A stretch of 64,000 bases of DNA from Kiritimatiellia bacterium (GTDB lineage: Bacteria > Verrucomicrobiota > Kiritimatiellia > RFP12 > UBA1067). The notes below the pieces were generated by a model. The model saw nothing but the letters and a program-made list of their open reading frames with translations. It ran no database searches and was not told the DNA's origin. Both the position numbers and the translations under genes were made by a program. Every line of letters starts with the position of its first letter. The stretch's first letter is position 1. Of this stretch, positions 9,596-18,598 are shown in pieces. The stretch is taken from positions 4,607 through 68,606 of the forward strand of contig JBAYXX010000004.1 of the NCBI GenBank assembly GCA_041673345.1, read 5' to 3'.

Positions 9596-9742
9596 TCAAA
9601 CGCCGCGCAGGGTTTTGACAATAAAGCCGAGCAGAATCAGCAGCGCAACGACGATCAGGGCTTTGCGTTCACTGGGTGTCAGCCAGGTGAACAGCGGCGT
9701 GCGCTTCCCTGGGAAGAGATCATGTGTTTTTTTGGAGTCCAT
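9596..9742 (-). CDS. Candidate 48-aa single-pass membrane protein (below the ORF-track length cutoff)
   Basis: Manual translation: MDSKKTHDLFPGKRTPLFTWLTPSERKALIVVALLILLGFIVKTLRGV*. It has a polar N-terminus and one clear TM helix. GAAGGA lies about 12 nt upstream of the ATG. It sits in the gap between the giant gene and leuS. Confidence 0.35.
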   Translation of the reverse strand: MDSKKTHDLFPGKRTPLFTWLTPSERKALIVVALLILLGFIVKTLRGV

Positions 9743-9848
9743 CTCAATTGATTCCTTCTCTTTTGTACTCCCTAATCCTCTTATTTCTGAACTGGCAGAG
9801 GTTGCATCAGTATGATACTATATTTTCCCAAAAGCATGGGATATTAAT

Positions 9849-12419
9849 ATGACAAACAATGAATACGATTTTGCGGCCATAGAAAAAAAATGGCAGTCTT
9901 ACTGGGAGGAACATAAAACATTCAAGGTGAATGATTTTGAGGAGGGTAAACCAAAGTTTTACTGTCTCGATATGTTTCCTTACCCCAGCGGCGCCGGCTT
10001 GCATGTTGGCCACCCCGAAGGTTACACTGCCACCGATATACTGTGTCGCTACAAGCGTATGTGTGGTTACAATGTGCTGCATCCAATGGGGTGGGACGCG
10101 TTCGGCCTGCCAGCCGAGCAGTATGCGGTTGAGACCGGCACCCATCCGGCGGTGACCACTGAAAAAAATATTAATAATTTCAGGAAGCAGATCAAGGCGC
10201 TTGGGTTCAGCTATGACTGGGATCGGGAAATCAACACTACTGATCCAGGTTATTACAAGTGGACCCAATGGATCTTTACCAAGCTCTATGAAAAGGGACT
10301 TGCTTATATTGCTGAAGCCCCGGTGAACTGGTGCCCGACACTAGGAACTGTGCTTGCCAATGAGGAAGTGATTAACGGACGCAGTGAGCGCGGAAACCAC
10401 CCAGTGGAGAGAAGGCCCATGCGGCAGTGGATGCTGCGTATCACTAATTATGCTGAGCGCCTGTTGAATGACCTCGATGATCTGGATTGGCCGGAGGGCA
10501 TCAAAGAGATGCAGCGCAACTGGATCGGCAGATCAAACGGTGCTGAGGTTGAATTTGAAATTGCCGGAATCGAAAAATCAGTGATGGTTTATACCACTCG
10601 CCCTGATACGCTGTTTGGTGCCACCTATATGGTGCTCGCCCCCGAACATGAGCTGGTGGAGCTGGTGGTCAGCGACGAGCAGCGCGCCGCCGTGGCTGCG
10701 TATTGCAAGGCCGCAGTTTTTAAAAGTGATATGGACCGCACCGAATTGAACACCGACAAGACCGGAGTTTTCACCGGCGCATACGCAATCAACCCTGTGA
10801 CAGGCGGAAAGATTCCTCTCTGGATTGCCGACTACGTGCTGATCAGCTATGGCACGGGAAGTATCATGGCTGTGCCCGCGCATGATGAGCGTGACTTTGA
10901 GTTCGCCAAAAAGTTTGATATTCCTGTTAAATGTGTTATCACCCCGGATGCCGCGAGCGCGGCGGCTCAGGGCGTGAGTGTCGAGGCAGTGCTGCGCGGT
11001 GAGTGTAGCTGGAGCGGTGCAGGCACGATGATCGACTCCGCAAATGATTGCGGCCTGGACATCAATGGGCTGGAGGTTGCGCAGTCGATTGCACGGACGA
11101 TTGAGTGGCTCGAAAAGTCAGGCATCGGCAAAGGGGCGGTTAAGTATAAACTGCGCGACTGGCTGTTCAGCCGCCAGCGCTACTGGGGTGAGCCATTCCC
11201 GTTGATCCACATGGAGGATGGCAGCACCAGGCTGGTTGCGCAAAGCGACCTGCCGCTGACGCTGCCGGAGATGCAGGACTTTAAACCGAACGCGGATGGA
11301 GCCCCTCCCCTGGCTAAGGCAACTGAGTGGCTCACCTATGTTGATCCTGTCACTGGCCTGAAAGGGCGGCGTGAAACCAATACCATGCCGCAGTGGGCCG
11401 GTTCCTGCTGGTATTACCTGCGTTACATTGACCCGCACAACTCCGAGGCCGCCTTTGACCAGGCAAAAGAGCGCTACTGGATGCCGGTGGACCTCTACGT
11501 GGGTGGTGCTGAGCACGCTGTCTTACATCTGCTTTACGCGCGTTTTTGGCATAAAGTCCTCTTTGATCTAGGTTATGTCTCTACCTGCGAGCCATTTAAA
11601 AAGCTGGTCAACCAGGGGATGATTCTGGGTATCTCCTATAAGGATAGTCGTGGAACACTGGTTCCCATGGAGCAGGTTGACATGCGCTCTGAGGGTGTCT
11701 TTCACACTGAGAGCGAGGAGCGGTTGGTTGAGTTTCCCGCCAAAATGTCTAAATCATTGAAAAATGTTGTTAACCCGGATGATGTGATTTTTGAGTACGG
11801 CGCTGACAGTATGCGTTTGTATGAGATGTTCATGGGGCCTCTGGAAGCGGTTAAGCCTTGGAACACCAAAGGCGTTGAGGGGGTGTTCCGCTTCTTAAAA
11901 CGCGCCTACCGTATGGTGGTTGAACAGACTTTGACCGATGAACCGCTCGACGAAGATGGGCTGCGCGTTTTGCATGCGACCATCAAAAAGGTCACCGACG
12001 ATCTGGAGTCCATGAGCTTCAACACCGCGATCAGCCAGATGATGATCTTCGTCAACAACTTCTCGGGCAGCCAAAAGACGCTCAACCGCCAGGCGGCCGA
12101 GACCTTTGTGTTGCTGCTCGCTCCCTTTGCGCCGCATGTGTGTGAAGAGCTGTGGGCGCACCTGGGCCACAACACAACCCTCGCTTATGCCCCCTGGCCC
12201 CAGTATAATGAGGATTTTATCAAGGTAGCCCAGGCGGAGGTGCTGGTGCAGGTCAATGGCAAACCCAAAGCCCGCATCATGATGGAGGCGGATCTGGGCG
12301 AGGAGCTGATGCGAGCGGCCGCGCTGGAGGGCGAGGCGGTACGCACGGCGATCGGTCAAAAAAAGATCGTCAAGGTGGTTTGTGTGCCTAATCGTCTGGT
12401 TAACATTGTGGCACTCTAA
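9849..12419 (+). CDS. leuS: Leucyl-tRNA synthetase
   Basis: 856-aa ORF with [18 protein letters not shown] (HIGH region), KMSKSLKN (KMSKS) and a CP1 editing domain. Confidence 0.97.
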   Translation: MTNNEYDFAAIEKKWQSYWEEHKTFKVNDFEEGKPKFYCLDMFPYPSGAGLHVGHPEGYTATDILCRYKRMCGYNVLHPMGWDAFGLPAEQYAVETGTHPAVTTEKNINNFRKQIKALGFSYDWDREINTTDPGYYKWTQWIFTKLYEKGLAYIAEAPVNWCPTLGTVLANEEVINGRSERGNHPVERRPMRQWMLRITNYAERLLNDLDDLDWPEGIKEMQRNWIGRSNGAEVEFEIAGIEKSVMVYTTRPDTLFGATYMVLAPEHELVELVVSDEQRAAVAAYCKAAVFKSDMDRTELNTDKTGVFTGAYAINPVTGGKIPLWIADYVLISYGTGSIMAVPAHDERDFEFAKKFDIPVKCVITPDAASAAAQGVSVEAVLRGECSWSGAGTMIDSANDCGLDINGLEVAQSIARTIEWLEKSGIGKGAVKYKLRDWLFSRQRYWGEPFPLIHMEDGSTRLVAQSDLPLTLPEMQDFKPNADGAPPLAKATEWLTYVDPVTGLKGRRETNTMPQWAGSCWYYLRYIDPHNSEAAFDQAKERYWMPVDLYVGGAEHAVLHLLYARFWHKVLFDLGYVSTCEPFKKLVNQGMILGISYKDSRGTLVPMEQVDMRSEGVFHTESEERLVEFPAKMSKSLKNVVNPDDVIFEYGADSMRLYEMFMGPLEAVKPWNTKGVEGVFRFLKRAYRMVVEQTLTDEPLDEDGLRVLHATIKKVTDDLESMSFNTAISQMMIFVNNFSGSQKTLNRQAAETFVLLLAPFAPHVCEELWAHLGHNTTLAYAPWPQYNEDFIKVAQAEVLVQVNGKPKARIMMEADLGEELMRAAALEGEAVRTAIGQKKIVKVVCVPNRLVNIVAL

Positions 12420-12480
12420 AACATCTTTGTCGCGAACTTTGCCGGAGAGAGCGTCTGTTCGGTTGCAATGCGAGTCGCAG

Positions 12481-12535
12481 CTGTAGGGCTGCCGGCCGTG
12501 ACCGCGCCAACTGCGGTCACGGCCAGCGGCTACAG
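12481..12535. repeat. 55-bp hairpin, compact member of the CTGTAG...CTACAG inverted-repeat family
   Basis: ctgtagggctgccggccgtgaccgcg ccaact gcggtcacggccagcggctacag. The arms match the termini of the 115-bp elements at 17575 and 24800. It lies 60 nt downstream of the leuS stop, so it could also act as a terminator. Confidence 0.8.
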
Positions 12536-12549
12536 TGCTTCGTAAAAAC

Positions 12550-12630
12550 GTAGGTCCGATTTCCAATCGGGCATGTCCGGTTGGAAACCGGACCTACTGA
12601 AACTCGGCTTCGCCTTTGGTTGACGACACT
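12550..12630. repeat. 48-bp palindrome GTAGGTCCGATTTCCAATCGG.CATGTCCGGTTGGAAACCGGACCTAC plus adjacent TGA..TCGGCTTCGCCTTTGGTT module (copy 1)
   Basis: Read directly. A near-identical ~80-bp copy lies at 14226-14303 and a half copy at 56072-56092. Confidence 0.9.
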
Positions 12631-13047
12631 AAACCCTGATAAACATTCGATAGGCAACTTTTTTGAAAGAACAAGTAATTGTTCTTTTGAGCCAGCTAAA
12701 CGGCTCATGTGGCAGCAACGCACGTTTGTGGGACAATTAGACCCACTTTGGTGTGACACCGCAGCTCCGTCTTTTACCAAATGAGCTGATTAGAATGTGT
12801 TTTAGTCGAAAAAGGAGTGATTTGAGCGGCACGATTAAGCTGGTATGGTACTTGCTTTAAAAAGTAACGTTGTCACATTACGAGTAAGGAATCAGAGGTC
12901 AGAATTCAGGATTCAGAAGGTAGCGGGCTACGCGGCTGCGCCGCGAAAAAACGGTTACTTTTCAATAACCGGTTAGAGAAAATAACACGCTGAAGCGTGA
13001 ACAACAAACGGTTGCTGCGTAAGGTTTGTTGTCCAGCCTTTAGGATG

Positions 13048-13250
13048 TTCCATTTGAGGTTATAGGCAAGCCCGCCGCGGGGCGCGCTGCGAAAAAACGA
13101 TGGGGTAACTCGACGGTCAAACGCATCGGAGTCGGGGTCGGTATCGGAATCGGGGTCGACCTAGTACGTTTTTCGATACCGATTCCGATAGCGACCCCGA
13201 CCCCGAGTTACAGACACGAAACTGTGACAAAATGGTGAGTTATAGGCAAG
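13048..13250. repeat. Single inverted copy of the 188-bp repeat unit that is arrayed at 55420-55950 (bounded by GTTATAGGCAAG)
   Basis: The reverse complement of 13048-13250 aligns by eye over its whole length with 55489-55690. It contains the ~85-bp GGGGTCGGGGTCGGTATCGGAATCGG...CCGATTCCGATAGCGACCCCGACCCC imperfect palindrome at 13124-13207. Confidence 0.9.
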
Positions 13251-13270
13251 GCAATAAAGTCAGGAAAACT

Positions 13271-13966
13271 ATGTATTTTTTTGATCCAGTGTATTTGATA
13301 ATGATGCTGCCAGCTATCATATTGGCAGGTGTGGCATCGTGGCTGGTGAAGTCGACCTTTAACAAATACTCTAAAGTGGCGGCCTATTCCGGTATGGATG
13401 GCGCTCAGGCAGCGGAGCGCATGATGCAGCGTAATGGCATTTATGATGTGCGGATTGAGCAGACGAACGGGTTTCTTTCGGATCACTACGATCCAACAAA
13501 AAAAGTCCTTCGACTTTCTCCAGGGGTTTATAATTCGAATTCATTGGCCGCGATTGGTATTGCCTGCCATGAGGCGGGCCATGCCTTGCAGCATGCCAAC
13601 AGTTACGCGCCGTTGGTTTTACGCACTACACTGGTGCCGGTAACAAACATCAGCAGCTCGCTCTCCTTCTATGTTCTGTTGGCAGGTATGCTGTTTAGGT
13701 TGCCGGGGTTGATGTACATTGGCTGCGCTATGTTTGCCGTGGCGTTTATTTTTTCGCTGGTCACCCTTCCGGTGGAGTGGGATGCGAGTGTCAGAGCCAA
13801 GCAGTACATTGTCAGCTCCGGGATCGTATCACCGGGTCAGGAGGCAGACTCAGGGAAGGTGTTGAACGCCGCTTTTTTAACATACGTGGCCGCAGCCGTA
13901 AGTTCGTTGCTTACGCTGCTTTACTACTTGATGCGCACCGGAATTTTGGGCAGTCGTAGGGATTAG
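13271..13966 (+). CDS. YugP-type putative neutral zinc metallopeptidase (membrane-associated)
   Basis: MYFFDPVYLIMMLPAIILAGVASWLVKSTFNKYSKV..., HExxH as CHEAGHALQH, and C-terminal TM helices. I chose the ATG at 13271 (preceded by caggaaaact). The track start at 13232 lies inside a repeat element. Confidence 0.85.
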   Translation: MYFFDPVYLIMMLPAIILAGVASWLVKSTFNKYSKVAAYSGMDGAQAAERMMQRNGIYDVRIEQTNGFLSDHYDPTKKVLRLSPGVYNSNSLAAIGIACHEAGHALQHANSYAPLVLRTTLVPVTNISSSLSFYVLLAGMLFRLPGLMYIGCAMFAVAFIFSLVTLPVEWDASVRAKQYIVSSGIVSPGQEADSGKVLNAAFLTYVAAAVSSLLTLLYYLMRTGILGSRRD

Positions 13967-14225
13967 ATTCGTGCGGTGTACGAACGGCATAGCGCATAGC
14001 GCATAGCGTAACAGGCATGAGGATGAAACGGTATGCGAACGAGCAACCGCCTTCCCTCGACGCTCTGCGCTATGCAAAACAGAATTTTAACCACCGGCAA
14101 CATGTTTTTAAGGACCGACATGTTTGCCTTGTCCTTTGGTAAGGGGTTAAGTCCGCGCGGAGCGCGGAGTAAATAAGTGCGCGAGTGCGTTAGTGAAGAG
14201 GTCGAGCCTTTTGTGTGGGAGCAAC

Positions 14226-14303
14226 GTAGGTCCGATTTCCAATCGGACATGTCCGGTTGGAAACCGGACCTACTGAGGTTCGGCTTCGCCTTTGGTTTAC
14301 GAT
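14226..14303. repeat. 48-bp palindrome plus TGA..TCGGCTTCGCCTTTGGTT module (copy 2, same orientation as copy 1)
   Basis: gtaggtccgatttccaatcggacatgtccggttggaaaccggacctactgaggttcggcttcgcctttggtttacga, against 12550-12630. Confidence 0.9.
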
Positions 14304-14486
14304 GCTGTGCGACGATGCTGGTCGACGATTTTTAAGGGCGGAGTTTTGAATCGTAATCCGCTATCGCTTGCCATGCCGAACGACTGGAAGGCGGGTCGCA
14401 CAGCATCGTCAACCGATGCCGCTCATTGAGTGGCTACTATATCAAAAACGAAGTTTAAAATTATTATAAAAAAGGAAAAGCAACTG

Positions 14487-16424
14487 ATGAGCAGTAAAAA
14501 GAAGTACACTTTCAAGGCTGAGATTCAGCAGGTTCTGGATCTTGTCGTTCACTCCCTTTATTCCAAGAAAGAAATTTTTCTGCGGGAGTTGATCTCCAAT
14601 GCCTCTGATGCCATTGACCGCGCGCAATATGCCGGTTTGACGGACAAAAGTATTGTCGCTGACGCGCCAGAGTGGAAGATCGATATCATCGCCGATAAGA
14701 AGGCTGGGACGCTGATGATCTCGGACAACGGCATGGGTATGAGTGAAGAGGAACTTGATAAAAATCTCGGCGTGATTGCCAGCTCTGGCACCCAGGCGTT
14801 TATAAAGGCGCTGCAAGACAAAAAAGAGGTCAATGTTCCGGAGCTGATCGGACAGTTCGGGGTCGGTTTTTACGCGGCGTTCATGGTTGCAGAAGATGTG
14901 ACTGTCATCTCCCGCAGGCGCGGTGATGAGAGCGGGCAGGCGGTTAAGTGGAACTCAACCGGTGACGGTACATATACCCTCGAGTTCTCTGAACGAGAGG
15001 CCCCGGGAACAACGATCACACTGAAGATGCGGGAAGACCAGCAGGAGTATCTTGACAGTTGGCGCATCCGCGAGCTGGTGAAAAAATACTCGAATTTCAT
15101 CGCTTATCCCATTTGCTTTGAGGGGGTCGAGGCAGAAGCCAAAGAAGATGCGGAGTCCAAAGAAGATGCGGAGTCCAAAGAAGATGCGGAGTCCAAAAAG
15201 GATGCGGAGCCTTTGAATGCAATGACAGCCCTTTGGAAGCGTTCCAAGAGCGATGTTAAAAAAGAGGAGTATAAGGAGTTTTACACTCACCTGACTCATG
15301 ATCACCAGGAGCCTTTGGAAACAATTCATCTCGCAGTCGAAGGCGCGGTTGAGTTCCGCGCGCTCCTCTTTCTGCCACGGCAGGCTGGCTTTGACTTGAT
15401 GATGCCGAATCAAAAGCATGGGTTGAGCCTCTACGTGCGCAATGTTCTGATCGGCTCCGAGTTCGAAATGCTGCTGCCTGAGTATCTGCGTTTTGTCAAA
15501 GGCGTGGTTGACTCAAGCGATTTGCCGCTGAATGTCTCGCGCGAGATGTTGCAGGATGATGCGGTGGTGCGTAAGATCAAGAGCAATATCACAGGCAAAA
15601 TCCTCAGTGCCTTGGCTGAGATGATGAAGAATGAACCAGCACAGTACAAACTCTTCTATACTGCGTTTGGCCGAATTCTCAAAGAGGGCTTGCACAGCGA
15701 CTGGAGCAACGCCGATAAGCTGAAAAGTCTGCTTATGTTTCCATCCGCAGCAACCGAGGAGGGATATTTGATCTCTTTGCAGCAGTATGTTGACGCAATG
15801 CCCCAGGATCAGGGAGCAATCTATTATCTGCCATCAGAAGATCTGCTCACAGCCCGTCAATCTCCGCATCTGGAAACACTTTCTGCCCGCGGCTATGATG
15901 TTCTCTTGTTTGTTGATCCGGTTGATCAGTGGATTGCTCAGTCGCTGACTGAATTTGATGGGAAGAAGATTGTTTCTATTGACAAGGGCAACCTAGAACT
16001 TGGCGATGAAAAAGAGCAGGCGCAGACTAAAAAAAAGCTGGAAGACGCTTCGCCCGAATATAAGGTGTTGATCGAATTTATTCAGGAGCAGCTCAAAGAT
16101 GAGATCAAAGAGGTGCGTCTGACCCCGCGGCTCACTGAGTCGCCGTGCTGTCTGGTGGCGGATGAAAACGCGATGAATGCCAGCATGGAGAGGTTGATGC
16201 GCGCCATGAATCAGGAGGTGCCTAAGCAGCTGCGGTTGTTGGAGCTTAATCCAAACCACCCGTTGATCAAAAAGATGAAAGCAATGGCAACCGAGAGTGC
16301 GTCGGCGGAGCGGCTGGCTGATTATGTTGAGTTGCTCTATGGCCAGGCATTGCTGGGAGAGGGATCGGCGGTGAAAAACCCGCAACGCTTCACGCGGCTG
16401 ATCTCAGAGTTGATGGTGAAATAA
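14487..16424 (+). CDS. htpG: Molecular chaperone HtpG (Hsp90 family)
   Basis: FKAEIQQVLDLVVHSLYSKKEIFLRELISNASDAIDR (Hsp90 N-terminal ATPase signature) and GQFGVGFYAAFMVA. I chose the ATG at 14487, preceded by aaaaaggaaaag. The track start at 14430 adds a non-homologous Lys-rich extension. Confidence 0.95.
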   Translation: MSSKKKYTFKAEIQQVLDLVVHSLYSKKEIFLRELISNASDAIDRAQYAGLTDKSIVADAPEWKIDIIADKKAGTLMISDNGMGMSEEELDKNLGVIASSGTQAFIKALQDKKEVNVPELIGQFGVGFYAAFMVAEDVTVISRRRGDESGQAVKWNSTGDGTYTLEFSEREAPGTTITLKMREDQQEYLDSWRIRELVKKYSNFIAYPICFEGVEAEAKEDAESKEDAESKEDAESKKDAEPLNAMTALWKRSKSDVKKEEYKEFYTHLTHDHQEPLETIHLAVEGAVEFRALLFLPRQAGFDLMMPNQKHGLSLYVRNVLIGSEFEMLLPEYLRFVKGVVDSSDLPLNVSREMLQDDAVVRKIKSNITGKILSALAEMMKNEPAQYKLFYTAFGRILKEGLHSDWSNADKLKSLLMFPSAATEEGYLISLQQYVDAMPQDQGAIYYLPSEDLLTARQSPHLETLSARGYDVLLFVDPVDQWIAQSLTEFDGKKIVSIDKGNLELGDEKEQAQTKKKLEDASPEYKVLIEFIQEQLKDEIKEVRLTPRLTESPCCLVADENAMNASMERLMRAMNQEVPKQLRLLELNPNHPLIKKMKAMATESASAERLADYVELLYGQALLGEGSAVKNPQRFTRLISELMVK

Positions 16425-16553
16425 AGCAGTAAACAGATGCGATTCGAAAAAAAACTGACGATCTGGATAACAGAGGGTATGAGCGATGAGCAGTGTTTAA
16501 GGAATATTGCTGACGCTCTTTTTTGCTGAAAATCAAAAGGAAAGGGATTAACA

Positions 16554-17543
16554 ATGCAACTCAAGAGAAGATCATTTATTAAGGGAGCAGCTTTTGCTGC
16601 GGTGGGAGCAACGGCTTCGCGTGGTTCTCAGGCTGCGGCGGCAGATACGAAACAGATTTTTAAAACACAGTTATATAAATCGCACATCAAACCCAGAGCC
16701 ACGGATGAACTTTGTCAAAAGTTGATGCAAGTGGGCATCACTGGTCTGGAGTTGACAGACAAGGGCGTTTCCATCCAGGAGGCGCGTGCAGGCAGAGTGC
16801 TGGCAGAGAAGCACGGTATGACCATTCACTCGTTTATGGGAGGGTGGGCCTCGCTGGGTGAGAGTGACTCTGGCAAGCGTCAGCAAGCTGTGGAGAATGT
16901 AAAAAACTGGATACGCACTGCGGCGGCCTATGGGGGATCAACCATGCTGCTGGTTCCCCACCGGATTGGTGGCGCTATGCCGCAACCAGCTGATTTTAAG
17001 ATTGACTTTGACCCTGCCACACTGATGATCAAAGGTGTGGTTGATGGAGATAACACACCTTATAAGAAGTATATTGAGGAGCACAACAGCGTGACTAACA
17101 ACTCAATTGACTCCATTAATCAACTGATTCCAGTGGCAGCCAAAGAGGGGGTGATCATTGGAATTGAGAATGTCTGGAATAATCTGTGGGTCAAACCGGA
17201 GTTCGCCGCAGCTTACCTGAAAGCCTTTAACAGCGTCTGGGTCAGCCAATATTTTGATCTGGGCAATCACACCCGTTATGATAAGCCTGAAAAATGGCTG
17301 GACGTGTTTGGCAGGAGTATCGCGAAGCTGCATATCAAAGATTTCAAGATCGAACGCGGTGCAAAAAACGATGGTGCCTTTGTGCCGATTGGCAAAGGCT
17401 CGGTTGACTGGGTTGCGGTCAGAGGCGCCATCGAGCGTGCGGGATACAATGGCTGGGTCAGTATTGAGAGCGGTGGCTGGAACGATGAGGAGCACAGCCG
17501 GATTTTAGATAGTATCTTTGCTGGTCGCGGTGCCGGGATTTAG
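16554..17543 (+). CDS. Tat-exported xylose-isomerase-like TIM-barrel protein (sugar phosphate isomerase/epimerase family)
   Basis: Twin-arginine signal MQLKRRSFIKGAAFAAVGATASRG. Body motifs (IGIENVWN..., HIKDF, GKGSVDW) fit the AP-endonuclease-2/xylose-isomerase-like fold. Confidence 0.8.
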   Translation: MQLKRRSFIKGAAFAAVGATASRGSQAAAADTKQIFKTQLYKSHIKPRATDELCQKLMQVGITGLELTDKGVSIQEARAGRVLAEKHGMTIHSFMGGWASLGESDSGKRQQAVENVKNWIRTAAAYGGSTMLLVPHRIGGAMPQPADFKIDFDPATLMIKGVVDGDNTPYKKYIEEHNSVTNNSIDSINQLIPVAAKEGVIIGIENVWNNLWVKPEFAAAYLKAFNSVWVSQYFDLGNHTRYDKPEKWLDVFGRSIAKLHIKDFKIERGAKNDGAFVPIGKGSVDWVAVRGAIERAGYNGWVSIESGGWNDEEHSRILDSIFAGRGAGI

Positions 17544-17574
17544 GCACTTTTAATCAACAGCAGCTAGCGCAGCA

Positions 17575-17689
17575 CTGTAGCCGCGGGCCGTGACCGCGGT
17601 TGGCGTGTTTATGGCCAGTCGCCAAGCGTCTCGGCTCGCGAAGCACAGCACTTTCGTTTGCCGGCGCGTTCACGGCCCGCGCCCTACAG
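17575..17689. repeat. 115-bp element with ~28-bp terminal inverted repeats (CTGTAGCCGCGGGCCGTGACCGCGG ... CCGGCGCGTTCACGGCCCGCGCCCTACAG), MITE/REP-like, copy 1
   Basis: Read directly. A second 115-bp copy lies at 24800-24914, with conserved termini and a partly conserved core (...CGGTTTGCGAAGCAC.ACA.T.TCGTTTG.CGGCGCG...). Confidence 0.85.
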
Positions 17690-17721
17690 TTTCAAACCGA
17701 AAATTGCGCTCATTCAAAACT

Positions 17722-17808
17722 CTCGACTCCCATCGATTCCCTCGACTCCCATCGATTCCCTCGACTTCCCTCGACTTCCCTCGATTCCCTCGATTCCTTC
17801 GATTCCCT
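17722..17808. repeat. 9-10-bp tandem repeat TCGAYTYCCY, ~9 units
   Basis: ctcgactccca tcgattccc tcgactccca tcgattccc tcgacttccc tcgacttccc tcgattccc tcgattcct tcgattccc. Confidence 0.9.
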
Positions 17809-17857
17809 CCCACTCTCTGCCCTGCCCGGAATTCAATCAACTATTTGAATTTTGTTG

Positions 17858-17887
17858 TTTACATACTGACCTAAAGGTATGTATAAT
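17858..17887 (+). promoter_or_regulatory. Sigma-70-type promoter candidate for the tetR gene, with an overlapping palindrome (possible operator)
   Basis: TTTACA (17858-17863), an 18-bp spacer, then TATAAT (17882-17887). The inverted repeat ACATAC (17861-17866) / GTATGT (17877-17882) fills the spacer. The ATG is at 17916, preceded by GGAGCGGAGAG. Confidence 0.5.
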
Positions 17888-17915
17888 ATCCGCTATTTAC
17901 AAATGGAGCGGAGAG

Positions 17916-18527
17916 ATGGCAAGGCGAACCAAAGCGGAAGCTGCCAAGACAAGACAGAAAATATTGAAGGCAGCCAGAGATTTGTTTTCAAAGAAAGGCT
18001 ATGATAGAACCACCTTTGAAGATATAGCGCACCGTATTAATCTGACCAAGGGTGCGGTCTATTGGCATTTCAGAAGTAAGCCGGAGCTTCTGCGTCAGTT
18101 GGTTGTCTACAGCATTGATCAAGCTACTGGTGATCAGCGTATTATTGATTTTCAGCCAGGGAGCTTTGAGGAATTGAAAAACGGATTAAAGGAGTGGATG
18201 GCGCGTATCGTGACGGTCCCTCAGAACAGGCAACACGTTAAGATGCTTCTGGCACTGGATTGGTCACGTCCCGCGCTTCAGGGGGTGAGGGCGCAGTTTA
18301 AAACATTGGATAACAGCGTTATCAATGTTACCAGAACGGCACTTCAGAGAATGCAGCAGTGCGGTGAAATCAGAGCTGATGTGGATGCTCATAACGTGGC
18401 CTATGCGATAGGACTCTCGTGGATTGGAATTTTACATTGCCAGTTGAGTGCGGGTGGTAAGGATTATGATGTCAACACAGTGATTGATTTTTTGATGGAG
18501 TCAGTGGGGGAGCGTATTTTGGCGTAG
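17916..18527 (+). CDS. TetR/AcrR-family transcriptional regulator
   Basis: MARRTKAEAAKTRQKILKAARDLFSKKGYDRTTFEDIAHRINLTKGAVYWHFRSK is a canonical TetR HTH. The track ORF start (17658) translates the upstream tandem repeats and was rejected. Confidence 0.9.
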   Translation: MARRTKAEAAKTRQKILKAARDLFSKKGYDRTTFEDIAHRINLTKGAVYWHFRSKPELLRQLVVYSIDQATGDQRIIDFQPGSFEELKNGLKEWMARIVTVPQNRQHVKMLLALDWSRPALQGVRAQFKTLDNSVINVTRTALQRMQQCGEIRADVDAHNVAYAIGLSWIGILHCQLSAGGKDYDVNTVIDFLMESVGERILA

Positions 18528-18571
18528 GGGCGACACCTGTGTCGCCCTCGTATGGCGACATGTATGTCGCC
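18528..18571 (+). promoter_or_regulatory. Two tandem GC-rich palindromes sharing GGCGACA/TGTCGCC arms, between tetR and the efflux operon (terminator and/or operator)
   Basis: GGGCGACA cctg TGTCGCCC (18528-18547, starting 1 nt after the tetR stop) and GGCGACAT gt ATGTCGCC (18554-18571). The adaptor gene ATG is at 18599. Confidence 0.45.
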
Positions 18572-18598
18572 CAGTTATGAATTTCAAGGAAGATTAAT

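Noticed and set aside
12420-14430. Search for tRNA, rRNA, tmRNA, RNase P or SRP RNA genes in the long intergenic regions (also 17544-17915, 24388-25276, 35927-36672, 48986-49314, 50305-51005, 55000-56249)
   Set aside because: I found no T-loop (GGTTCGAATCC-like) with an acceptor-stem arrangement, and no rRNA, tmRNA tag or RNase P conserved blocks by eye. These regions are explained by repeat modules. A tRNAscan-SE/Infernal run is still needed to be certain.
16554-17543. Tat-signal TIM-barrel isomerases and Gfo/Idh/MocA oxidoreductases (16554, 25394, 56250, 58799) as a possible novel sugar pathway
   Set aside because: The genes are scattered rather than clustered. These families are massively expanded and routinely dispersed in PVC-type genomes, and nothing here points to a coherent system.
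17590-17874. ORFs translating interspersed or tandem repeats (17590-17874, 17600-17848, the N-terminal 86 codons of 17658-18527, 24341-24664, 50425-50931, 55491-55688, 55809-56042, 36096-36299)
   Set aside because: Their sequences are low-complexity read-outs of the repeat modules (SIPS, LNLNLN, PDSDPD, RYRYRYR). They have no start context, and the same DNA occurs in both orientations elsewhere.
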